A stretch of 63,038 bases of DNA, from positions 1-63,038 of the forward strand of contig CAJWCP010000003.1 of assembly GCA_913031595.1 (NCBI GenBank), written 5' to 3'. How positions within the stretch are numbered: position 1 is the first letter of the stretch; each line of letters begins with the position of its first letter. Under the pieces are notes generated by a model. It was not told the origin of the DNA. It searched no databases and was given only the letters and a program-made list of their open reading frames with translations. This DNA is from an uncultured Flavobacteriales bacterium (GTDB lineage Bacteria > Bacteroidota > Bacteroidia > Flavobacteriales > BACL11). The translations under genes were made by a program, and so were the position numbers. Shown here piece after piece: positions 9,910 through 19,414 of the stretch.

Positions 9910-10744
9910 CTAAAGTTATAGGGTTTTGAGAAAGTGCATTTTCCAATTGTTCATCGTTAGGTGCTGAACCATGCCATTTATGTGTACCCATCATAAAATC
10001 AACTCCATTTCCCATCTCAGTATGTAAGATAATTGCTACTGGCTTGTTATTTCTAATTAATCTCTTTGCTTCATTCAATATTTTTATTACAGATTCAATA
10101 TTATTTCCTTCTTTTTCTTCTAGTACTAACCAATCAAATGCTTCTAATTTTGCTTTTAGGTTACCTATTGGTAATACATCCTCTAGTGCTCCATCAATTT
10201 GTTTCTTATTATAGTCAATAGTAGATATGAGATTATCAATTTTATTAGCACTTGCATACATTAAAGCTTCCCATATTTGACCTTCTTGGAGTTCTCCATC
10301 TCCATGTAAAGAATATACAATGCCTTTATCTTTATTGAGTTTTTTACTAATAGCTGCGCCGATTGCATTTGAAAGACCTTGCCCTAAAGATCCTGAGGCC
10401 ATTCGTACACCCTCTAGTCCTTCATGTGTTGTAGGGTGTCCTTGTAGTCTGCTGTTTAATTTTCTAAATGTTGCAAGTTCAGTAATATCAAAATAACCAC
10501 TTCTTGCAAGAACAGAATAAAATACAGGAGAAATATGGCCATTTGATAAAAAGAATATATCTTCATTGTTACCATCCATATTAAAGTTAGTGTTATGCTC
10601 CATAATATTAAAGTATAGTGCTGTAAAGAATTCAGCACAGCCTAAAGATCCTCCAGGGTGACCTGAATTATTAGCATGTACCATTCTAAGAATATCTCTT
10701 CTTACTTGTGTTACAATATCTTTTAGTTTAGTAATTTCTTGCAT
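9899..10744 (-). CDS. tkt: Transketolase, N-terminal (TPP-binding) subunit
   Basis: SGHPGGSLG, LSNGH, LQGHP, GSLGQGLS, GDGELQEGQIWEA TPP motif. Confidence 0.93.
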   Translation of the reverse strand: MQEITKLKDIVTQVRRDILRMVHANNSGHPGGSLGCAEFFTALYFNIMEHNTNFNMDGNNEDIFFLSNGHISPVFYSVLARSGYFDITELATFRKLNSRLQGHPTTHEGLEGVRMASGSLGQGLSNAIGAAISKKLNKDKGIVYSLHGDGELQEGQIWEALMYASANKIDNLISTIDYNKKQIDGALEDVLPIGNLKAKLEAFDWLVLEEKEGNNIESVIKILNEAKRLIRNNKPVAIILHTEMGNGVDFMMGTHKWHGSAPNDEQLENALSQNPITLGDY

Positions 10745-10903
10745 TTTATTTCTTTTATAATATTGACAAAAATAATAATCGTAATATTCTATTTCTTTCT
10801 AAACTCTAATAATAAGTTGTGTTTTATTAACGTATTATTGACAAAATAGTATTTATTCTAAAGATTCAGATGTTATATTTGCAAATTATTTAAAAAGTAT
10901 AAG

Positions 10904-12001
10904 ATGGCGTTAAAATGTGGTATTGTAGGATTGCCAAATGTAGGGAAATCAACTTTATTTAATTGTCTTTCTAATGCTAAGGCTCAGTCAGCTAATTTTC
11001 CATTTTGTACTATTGAACCTAATATAGGGGTAATATCGGTTCCTGATAAAAGATTAGATTTCCTAGCGAAGCTTGTAAATCCAGAGAAGGTTATACCTGC
11101 TACTGTAGAGATTGTTGATATAGCAGGACTTGTTAAAGGAGCTAGTAAGGGAGAAGGTCTTGGTAATAAGTTCTTAGCAAATATAAGAGAAACTAATGCT
11201 ATTATACATGTCTTAAGATGTTTTGAAAATGATAATATTGTTCATGTTGATGGTTCTGTAGATCCAGTGAGGGATAGGGAGACTATAGATTTAGAATTAC
11301 AATTAAAAGATCTTGAGACACTTGAGTCTTTTTACGATAAGAATATACGTACTGCTTCTTCAGGAGACAAGAAAGCAAAGAAAATCATTGTTTTAATTAA
11401 AAAGTGTATGGAGCATTTGGAGAGAGGTAATTCTATAAGAAGTATGATTCTGAACGAAGAAGATTTAGATGTCATTCATTCGCTTCATTTGCTTACAGCT
11501 AAGCCTGTTCTGTATGTGTGTAATGTTGATGCATCTTCTATTGTAGAAGGAAATAAATATGTGAATGCTTTATGCGAATCAGTAAAAGATGAGAATTCAG
11601 AGGTTATTATCATTGCAACAGCTATAGAGTCTGAAATTGCAGAATTTGAAGATGCTAAAGAGAGAAAATTCTTTTTAGATGAATTAGGTTTGGAGGAGCC
11701 AGGAGTACATTATTTAATACAAGCAACATATAAATTATTGAGTCTTCAAACGTATTTTACAGCGGGTAAAAAAGAAGTTCGTGCTTGGACTGTAGTGAAA
11801 GGGAGTAAGGCTCCCCAAGCAGCAGGTGTTATTCATACTGATTTTGAGAAAGGCTTTATTCGCGCAGAAGTTATTTCATATGATGATTTTATTGCCTTAG
11901 GTTCTGAACATGCTTGTAAAGATGCTGGTAAATTGTTTATTCAGGGTAAAGATTATGTTGTGTCTGATGGAGATATTATGCATTTTCGTTTTAATGTTTA
12001 G
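10904..12001 (+). CDS. ychF: Redox-regulated ATPase YchF
   Basis: GIVGLPNVGKST, NFPFCTIEPN, DIAGLVKGAS.GEGLGN.FL, TGS-domain C-terminus HFRFNV. Confidence 0.97.
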   Translation: MALKCGIVGLPNVGKSTLFNCLSNAKAQSANFPFCTIEPNIGVISVPDKRLDFLAKLVNPEKVIPATVEIVDIAGLVKGASKGEGLGNKFLANIRETNAIIHVLRCFENDNIVHVDGSVDPVRDRETIDLELQLKDLETLESFYDKNIRTASSGDKKAKKIIVLIKKCMEHLERGNSIRSMILNEEDLDVIHSLHLLTAKPVLYVCNVDASSIVEGNKYVNALCESVKDENSEVIIIATAIESEIAEFEDAKERKFFLDELGLEEPGVHYLIQATYKLLSLQTYFTAGKKEVRAWTVVKGSKAPQAAGVIHTDFEKGFIRAEVISYDDFIALGSEHACKDAGKLFIQGKDYVVSDGDIMHFRFNV

Positions 12002-12119
12002 TTTTCCATACTTTAATTAGTTGAAAAATCTGTTAATAACGCAAGTATATATTTATTAAAATAGAGTAGTAGTGTTTTTATATTTGCGCTTTATTTATAA
12101 CAGGTATTAATACACTTTT

Positions 12120-13967
12120 ATGGTTCAGGCTCAGTATAATGAAGAGAGTATTAGGTCTCTCGATTGGAAAGAACATATTCGATTACGTCCTGGTATGTAT
12201 ATTGGAAAGATGGGGAACGGTTCTTCTCCTGATGATGGTATTTATGTTCTTTTAAAAGAGGTTATTGATAATTCAATTGACGAATTTGTTATGGGAAATG
12301 GTAAAACTATAGAGATTGCCATTAAGCAAAACAAGGTTACTGTTCGTGATTTTGGTAGAGGAATACCTCTTGGTAAAGTTATAGATTGTGTTTCTAAGAT
12401 AAATACAGGAGCTAAGTATGATTCAAAGGTTTTTAAGAAATCTGTGGGGTTAAACGGAGTAGGGACTAAGGCAGCTAATGCTCTTTCCTCTTATTTTAAA
12501 ATTCGCTCAATACGTGAAGGAAAAAGTAAAATTGCAGAATTTAATCAAGGGAATATCATTATTGATAGTCCTATACAGTCAACTAGTAGTAGAAAAGGAA
12601 CAACTGTTAGTTTTATTCCTGATGAAGAATTATTTGGCAAGTTTCGTTTTTTAAATGAATATGTAGAAAGGATGTTATGGAATTATTGTTATTTGAATCC
12701 TGGATTAACTATATTATTTAATGGAAAGAAACTTTATTCTGAAAAAGGTTTGTATGATTTACTAGAAAAAAATATTGATACTGATATATTGTATCCAATT
12801 ATTCATCTTCATGGTGATGATATTGAAGTTGCTATTACACATTGTAAAAATCAATATTCAGAACAATATTATTCATTTGTTAATGGTCAGCATACTGTGC
12901 AGGGAGGTACTCATCAGGGAGCATTTAGACAGGCTTTAGTAAAAACTATTAGAGATTTCTATGGAAAGAATTATGAAGCTTCAGATATAAGACAGGCTAT
13001 TAATGCTGCTATTAGTATTAAAGTAATTGAACCTGTATTTGAATCACAAACAAAGACTAAGTTAGGTTCAACTGAAATGGAACCTGAAGGAGTAACAATA
13101 TTAACTTTTGTGCAAGATTTTCTTAAGAAAAATTTAGATAATTTTCTTCATAAGAATACTGAGGTTGCTACAATTCTTCAGAAGAAGATACAGGAGGCAG
13201 AAAATGAAAGAAAGGCTATGGCTGGTGTAAAGAAATTAGCCAGAGAAAGAGCTAAAAAGGCTAGTTTGCATAATAAAAAATTGAGAGATTGTAGAATTCA
13301 TTATAATGATCAGAAGCAAAGTAATCGTGCAGAATCTACAATATTTATTACAGAGGGTGATTCTGCTTCAGGTTCTATTACTAAGACACGTGATATTAAT
13401 ACTCAAGCTGTTTTTTCACTTAGAGGTAAGCCATTAAATTCTTTTGGATTAAGTAAAAAAGTAGTTTATGAGAATGAAGAATTTAATTTATTGCAAGCAG
13501 CTTTAAACATTGAGCAAGGAATAGATGATTTACGTTATAATAAAATTATTATTGCTACTGATGCAGATGTTGATGGTATGCATATTCGCTTATTAATTAT
13601 TACATTTTTTTTACAGTTTTTTCCTGAATTAATTAAGGAAGGACATGTGTATATTTTACAAACTCCATTATTTAGAGTTCGTAATAAAAAGAAAACGTAT
13701 TATTGTTATAATGATCAAGAGAAAAAAGATGCTATACTAGAAATTGGAACAAATTCAGAAATAACACGTTTTAAAGGATTAGGGGAGATATCACCTAATG
13801 AGTTTAAGAGATTTATAGGTCCGGATATGCGTATAGAGCCAGTTATTTTAGGTAAAGAATCTACTATTGAAGACCTTTTACGTTATTTTATGGGTAAGAA
13901 TACTAAAGAAAGACAAGATTTTATTATACAAAATCTTAGAGTTGAAGATAATATTGAGAGTATATAA
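12120..13967 (+). CDS. parE: DNA topoisomerase IV subunit B
   Basis: [23 protein letters not shown] ATPase, [15 protein letters not shown] / DADVDG; paired with the non-GyrA-box A subunit while gyrA lies elsewhere. Confidence 0.92.
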   Translation: MVQAQYNEESIRSLDWKEHIRLRPGMYIGKMGNGSSPDDGIYVLLKEVIDNSIDEFVMGNGKTIEIAIKQNKVTVRDFGRGIPLGKVIDCVSKINTGAKYDSKVFKKSVGLNGVGTKAANALSSYFKIRSIREGKSKIAEFNQGNIIIDSPIQSTSSRKGTTVSFIPDEELFGKFRFLNEYVERMLWNYCYLNPGLTILFNGKKLYSEKGLYDLLEKNIDTDILYPIIHLHGDDIEVAITHCKNQYSEQYYSFVNGQHTVQGGTHQGAFRQALVKTIRDFYGKNYEASDIRQAINAAISIKVIEPVFESQTKTKLGSTEMEPEGVTILTFVQDFLKKNLDNFLHKNTEVATILQKKIQEAENERKAMAGVKKLARERAKKASLHNKKLRDCRIHYNDQKQSNRAESTIFITEGDSASGSITKTRDINTQAVFSLRGKPLNSFGLSKKVVYENEEFNLLQAALNIEQGIDDLRYNKIIIATDADVDGMHIRLLIITFFLQFFPELIKEGHVYILQTPLFRVRNKKKTYYCYNDQEKKDAILEIGTNSEITRFKGLGEISPNEFKRFIGPDMRIEPVILGKESTIEDLLRYFMGKNTKERQDFIIQNLRVEDNIESI

Positions 13968-14446
13968 TGGATATAAAATTTACTAATAAGAATAAGGCAA
14001 TTTTATTGACAGTAATTATCATTATTTTCTTTGTTTTTACTATAATTATCCCTTTAGTTAGCTTGTATTTGATACCACAATCTAAGATAGGTTCTTGGTT
14101 GTTTGCAAACATATATCTTGTATATTGTATGTTTCCTGTTCTTGTCTATTTTATATATACAGGTGTTTATTTTTATCATGTTAAGATAGATGCGTATATT
14201 ATTTCTATTACTTCATTTCGCACTGTATCTTCTTTTTTTACTAATAAGAGTTATGTGGATATTTCTCACTTAATGTTAGAGGATTATAAATTTATTTCTA
14301 AAAAATTCTCTTTAAATACTATTTTAATGTTGAAGATCAGGGCAGAACGGAAACTTATAGCTAAAAGATTTAATATGTCTTTATTAAGTAATAATGATAA
14401 GAATCTAATTTCAAATTATTTAGATAAAGTTATAAAAAACAAATAA
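13967..14446 (+). CDS. Hypothetical membrane protein (2 TM + basic soluble domain)
   Basis: Two N-terminal hydrophobic segments; TAATG stop/start overlaps with both parE and parC. Confidence 0.7.
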   Translation: MDIKFTNKNKAILLTVIIIIFFVFTIIIPLVSLYLIPQSKIGSWLFANIYLVYCMFPVLVYFIYTGVYFYHVKIDAYIISITSFRTVSSFFTNKSYVDISHLMLEDYKFISKKFSLNTILMLKIRAERKLIAKRFNMSLLSNNDKNLISNYLDKVIKNK

Positions 14447-17052
14447 TGTTAGATAGAGATATAGATAGTCAAGAGAATCATGAAGGAGATGTTGTTCATG
14501 TTTCTGGAATGTATGAGAATTGGTTTTTGGACTACGCTTCTTATGTTATTCTTGAACGTGCCGTTCCCCATATTCATGATGGTTTAAAGCCTGTGCAGAG
14601 AAGAATTCTACATGCTTTAAAAGAGCTTGATGATGGTAGATATCACAAGGTGGCAAATGTTATAGGTCATACTATGAAGTATCATCCTCATGGTGATGCT
14701 TCAATTGGGGATGCTATGGTTCAGATAGGGCAAAAGAATCTTTTGTTAGATATGCAAGGTAATTGGGGTAATACAGCAACAGGAGATAAGGCTGCTGCTG
14801 CACGATATATTGAAGTGCGTCTAACACAGTTTGCTTTAGATGTTGTTTATAACAAGAATATCACTAAATGGCTTCCTTCTTATGATGGAAGAGGTAAAGA
14901 ACCAGAAACTTTACCACTAAAGTTTCCTTTACTCTTGAATCATGGTGTTGAAGGTATTGCGGTTGGTCTTTCCACTAAAATATTACCTCATAATTTTAAT
15001 GAGCTTATAGATGCTTCTATTAAAGTTTTAAAAGGGGTAAAACCAAGAATTTATCCAGATTTTAGTACAGGAGGAATGGCTGATTTTACTAATTACAATG
15101 ATGGTAAAAGAGGAGGTAAGGTTAGAGTGAGAGCAAGGATTATTCAAAAAGATAAAATCACTTTGCATATTACTGAGTTACCTTTTTCTACAACTACTAC
15201 ATCTTTAATATCTTCTATATTAAAGGCTAACGAAAAAGGAAAAATTAAGGTTAAGAAAATAGAAGATAATACTTCAGAAAATGTTGAGATTTCTGTTACT
15301 ATTCCTTCAGGAGTTTCTCCTGATAAAATGATAGATGCTCTTTATCGATTTACTGACTGTGAAGTTTCCATATCACCTCTTGCATGTGTTATTAAGGATA
15401 ATATGCCGCAATTTTTGGGTGTTTCGGATATATTAAAATATTCTACAGATCATACTTTGTCTCTTTTGAAATCTGAGTTGGAGGTGAAGTTGAATGAATT
15501 AGAGCTTAAATGGCATATGTCTTCATTAGAACTGATATTTATTGAGAATAGAATTTATCATAAGATTGAAGAATTAAATGATTGGCAAGAGATTATCAAT
15601 ACTATTCATGATGCCTTAAAACCATATATTAATAAACTTTTAAAAGAAGTAACTACTGAAGATATTGAAAAACTTACTGAGATTAGGATTAAGAAGATTA
15701 CAAAGTTTGATCTAAATAAAGCGAAGAAAGACATCTTACGATTAGAAGAAAATATTTTGGATATAAAAAATAATTTATCTAATCTTATTGATTATGCTGT
15801 TTCATATTTTAAAGAATTGAAAAAGAAATATGGAGCAGAAAGAAACCGAAGAACAGAAATAAAGACTTTTGAGAGTATTGATGCTACAAAGGTAGTTGTT
15901 GCCAGTAAAAGATTATATGTTAATAAAGAAGAAGGGTTTATAGGTACGTCAATGCGTAAGGATACTTTTGTTAGTGATTGTTCAGATATTGATGATATTA
16001 TCGTATTTCGAGAGAATGGAGCTATGCAAGTAGTTAAAGTAGATAATAAAGTTTTTGTTGGAAAAGATATTATTTATTGTGCTGTATTTAAAAAGAAGGA
16101 TGATCGTACAATTTATAATATGATTTATAAAGATGGAAAATCAAAAAAAACCTTCATGAAGCGTTTTCCAGTTACTAGTATTACTAGGGGGAAGGAATAT
16201 CAGTTAACTAAATCATCAGAAGGGAGTAAGGTTTTATATTTTACCGCAAATCCAAATGGAGAAGCAGAAACAGTTGTTGTTAACTTAAGAAAGTTGCAAA
16301 AACTAAAAAAATTAAAGATTAATATTGATTTTGCTGATTTAGCAATAAAAAGTAAAACAGCGGTAGGTAATATAGTAAGTAAGAATCCTGTCAAAAATGT
16401 AGAATTAAAATCTTCAGGAGTTTCTACATTATCTGCACGTAAAATATGGTTTGATAATAATGTAAATAGATTAAATGTTGAGGAGAGAGGGGATTTCTTA
16501 GGAGAATTTAAAGCTCAGGATAAGATATTAATCATTTATCAAAATTCTTTACTTGAACTTAAAACGTTTGATATATCTAATCATTTTGATAGTGATATGG
16601 TGATTATCGAAAAATTTAATTGTAATAAGCCAATTTCTGTTGTTTATTTTGATGGATATAAGAAGTCTTATTTTATAAAACGTTTTATTGCTGATAATAA
16701 GATAATGAAATTTAATTTCATTACAGATCATAAGGATAGTTATTTAGAGATTGTTTCTACTGATTGGCGTCCTCGTATTGAAGTAGTATTTGTAAAAGAA
16801 AGAGGAAAGGAGAGGCAAAAGAAGATTATTAATATTGAAGACTTTATTTCTGTTAAAGGATCAAAAGCGATGGGGAATAAGTTGACTTCAAAAAATGTTA
16901 AAGAGATTAATTTAATTGAGTCATTACCATATAATGAAGAATATTTGGATGAGGAAAATGGATTTTCAGAGCAAGTTTTTCTTAATGAAGTAGATGGGGA
17001 TGATAAAATCAAAAAAGATAATGAAGATGGTCAAATCACTCTAGAATTATAA
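14446..17052 (+). CDS. parC: DNA topoisomerase IV subunit A
   Basis: RA.P...DGLKPVQRR, YHPHGDAS, AAARYIE catalytic Tyr; no GyrA box. Confidence 0.92.
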   Translation: MLDRDIDSQENHEGDVVHVSGMYENWFLDYASYVILERAVPHIHDGLKPVQRRILHALKELDDGRYHKVANVIGHTMKYHPHGDASIGDAMVQIGQKNLLLDMQGNWGNTATGDKAAAARYIEVRLTQFALDVVYNKNITKWLPSYDGRGKEPETLPLKFPLLLNHGVEGIAVGLSTKILPHNFNELIDASIKVLKGVKPRIYPDFSTGGMADFTNYNDGKRGGKVRVRARIIQKDKITLHITELPFSTTTTSLISSILKANEKGKIKVKKIEDNTSENVEISVTIPSGVSPDKMIDALYRFTDCEVSISPLACVIKDNMPQFLGVSDILKYSTDHTLSLLKSELEVKLNELELKWHMSSLELIFIENRIYHKIEELNDWQEIINTIHDALKPYINKLLKEVTTEDIEKLTEIRIKKITKFDLNKAKKDILRLEENILDIKNNLSNLIDYAVSYFKELKKKYGAERNRRTEIKTFESIDATKVVVASKRLYVNKEEGFIGTSMRKDTFVSDCSDIDDIIVFRENGAMQVVKVDNKVFVGKDIIYCAVFKKKDDRTIYNMIYKDGKSKKTFMKRFPVTSITRGKEYQLTKSSEGSKVLYFTANPNGEAETVVVNLRKLQKLKKLKINIDFADLAIKSKTAVGNIVSKNPVKNVELKSSGVSTLSARKIWFDNNVNRLNVEERGDFLGEFKAQDKILIIYQNSLLELKTFDISNHFDSDMVIIEKFNCNKPISVVYFDGYKKSYFIKRFIADNKIMKFNFITDHKDSYLEIVSTDWRPRIEVVFVKERGKERQKKIINIEDFISVKGSKAMGNKLTSKNVKEINLIESLPYNEEYLDEENGFSEQVFLNEVDGDDKIKKDNEDGQITLEL

Positions 17053-17104
17053 TTTATTATAAAGCTTATTATATTATATTTGTTGACTTTAATTAATTAA
17101 AATT

Positions 17105-19414
17105 ATGAAAAGATTTCTCTTTATAGCATTTTTATTACCATATCTTCTTTTTTCACAGAATTATAATCTTAATCTTATTGGGGAATATTCTTGGCCTAAT
17201 ACTGAAGGTAGTGATATTTGGGGTTGGGTAGATCCTCTTGATGGTTCAGAATATGCTCTTGTTGGACTTAATGATGGTTTTTCATGCGTAAATCTTTCAA
17301 CACCCTCAAATCCAATTGAAGAATTTTATATTACTGATTTAAATTCAACTTGGAGAGATATTAAGACATGGGGAAATTATGCCTATGTAACTACTGAGGC
17401 AGATGCAGGTTTACTTATTGTTGATCTAGCTACTTCTATTAGTGGAAACTTAACTTATTGGCATATTAGTAATTTTTTAGGCGTCAATGGTGATAGTATT
17501 GAATTTACAGCTGCACATAATATTTATATAGATGAGAATGGTATTGCCTATATTTTTGGGGCAAGTTCAAATACAGGAAGCTCTCCTTCAGATGGAGCAA
17601 TATTTTTAGATGTTGATGCAGATCCTATTAATCCTGTATATTTAGGAGAATGGGATGAGCAATATATTCATGATGGTATGACTAGGGGTGATACTTTGTT
17701 TGCTGGATGTATTTATACAGGAGAATTATATGTTATAGATGTAAGTGATAAGAATAGTCCAGTTACAATGGGAACGCATATTACTCCTAATGCTTTTACA
17801 CATAATGCTTGGGTTAGTGATAATGGTAATTTTGTTTTTACTACTGATGAGCAATCAGATTCTTATATTGCAGCTTATGACATTACTGATGTTTCAAATA
17901 TTCAAGAAGTTGATAGGATTCAATCAAATCCCGGAAGTTTATCAATTCCTCATAACACACATTTTGATAATAATTTTTTAATTACTTCTTGGTATAGAGA
18001 TGGTACTACAGTACATGATGTTACATATCCTAATAATATGATTCAGGTTGCTTATTATGATTCTTATGTAGGAAGTGGGAATGGTTTTGATGGTTGTTGG
18101 GGAACTTATCCATTCTTGCCTTCAGGTTTAATTATTTCTTCCGATATTAATAGTAGTGTTAATCAGTCAGGAAAGTTGTTAGTTTATGGGAGAGATTTTA
18201 ATCAGGCTTGTTATTTACAAGGAACAGTTTCAGATGCTATAACTTTAAATCCAATTAGTGGAGCTACTATAGAGATTCTAAATACTTTTATACCTAATAC
18301 TTCTTCCTCTAATCTTTTAGGTAATTATTCAAGTGGTACTGCTGATGCTGCAAATTATGATGTTGTATTCTCTAAACCAGGTTATGTAACAGATACTCTT
18401 AATGCTACTTTGAATAATGGTATATTAACAATATTAGATGTTGCTTTGCAACCTTTAACTCCAATTAATTTCAATGGAACTGTAGTTGATACATCTGGAA
18501 ATGGTATTCCTAATGTTGATGTTGTTGTTTATAATGATGATTTTACTTTTAATTTGGTGACAGATATAAATGGAGATTTTAATATTAACACAATGTATGA
18601 AGGAAGTTATGATATAGTGTCAGGTAGTTGGGGGTATATTACATATTGTAGTAATGAGTATATAGATGGTTCTTCTCCTATTATCATTACATTACAAGAA
18701 GGGTATTATGATGATTTTACTTTTGATTTTGGTTGGACTGTAAGTGGAGGTATTATCCAAACTGATGATGGTATGTGGGAAAGAGGTTTCTCTCAAGGAA
18801 CATCTGATAATCAGGGACAAGATTATAATCCTTATGGAGATGTAATAGGTGACTGTATGGATTTTGCTTATGTTACAGGTCTAGATGCGGGAAGTCAAAT
18901 AGGTAGTAATGATGTTGATGATTCAAATACTATTTTAACTTCTCCTATTTTTGATTTAAGCTCTAATCAGATGTATTCGTTAAGTTATTATTCTTGGTTT
19001 CAAAATAATTTTCCTTGGGGAGGAGGTGCTAATGATACTTTAACAGTGAAAATATCTAATGGAACTACTTTGGTAGAATTAGAAACTATGACATCAGCTT
19101 CTCCAGATTTAGGGCAATGGAATCTTAGGACTTTTGATTTAGATCAATATATTCCACTTACCTCAACAATGCAATTAATTATTGAAATTGCTGATTGGGA
19201 TTATAATGGAGGTCATTGGGTTGAAGGAGGTTTTGATATGTTTCAAATTATATCTTCTAGTCCAACTGAGATTCAACAAGTATCTATAGAAGAAAATAGT
19301 AGAATTATCAAGGTGATTGATGTATTAGGAAGAGAATTAGAGCCTATAAAGAACACCTCTTTATTTTATATTTATGAGGATGGTATAGTTAGGAAGAAAA
19401 TATTAATTGATTAA
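17105..19414 (+). CDS. Secreted choice-of-anchor B family protein with carboxypeptidase-regulatory-like domains and short T9SS-like tail
   Basis: SDIWGW...EYALVG, WRDIKT, AHNI, YIHD, THNAW, TTDE, PHN, G.WG.YPFLPSG; C-terminal IDVLGRE...FYIYEDG.VRKKILID. Confidence 0.8.
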   Translation: MKRFLFIAFLLPYLLFSQNYNLNLIGEYSWPNTEGSDIWGWVDPLDGSEYALVGLNDGFSCVNLSTPSNPIEEFYITDLNSTWRDIKTWGNYAYVTTEADAGLLIVDLATSISGNLTYWHISNFLGVNGDSIEFTAAHNIYIDENGIAYIFGASSNTGSSPSDGAIFLDVDADPINPVYLGEWDEQYIHDGMTRGDTLFAGCIYTGELYVIDVSDKNSPVTMGTHITPNAFTHNAWVSDNGNFVFTTDEQSDSYIAAYDITDVSNIQEVDRIQSNPGSLSIPHNTHFDNNFLITSWYRDGTTVHDVTYPNNMIQVAYYDSYVGSGNGFDGCWGTYPFLPSGLIISSDINSSVNQSGKLLVYGRDFNQACYLQGTVSDAITLNPISGATIEILNTFIPNTSSSNLLGNYSSGTADAANYDVVFSKPGYVTDTLNATLNNGILTILDVALQPLTPINFNGTVVDTSGNGIPNVDVVVYNDDFTFNLVTDINGDFNINTMYEGSYDIVSGSWGYITYCSNEYIDGSSPIIITLQEGYYDDFTFDFGWTVSGGIIQTDDGMWERGFSQGTSDNQGQDYNPYGDVIGDCMDFAYVTGLDAGSQIGSNDVDDSNTILTSPIFDLSSNQMYSLSYYSWFQNNFPWGGGANDTLTVKISNGTTLVELETMTSASPDLGQWNLRTFDLDQYIPLTSTMQLIIEIADWDYNGGHWVEGGFDMFQIISSSPTEIQQVSIEENSRIIKVIDVLGRELEPIKNTSLFYIYEDGIVRKKILID

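Noticed and set aside
12120-17052. Second DNA gyrase (gyrB/gyrA)
   Set aside because: A subunit lacks the GyrA box and true gyrA is at 59856; this is Topo IV
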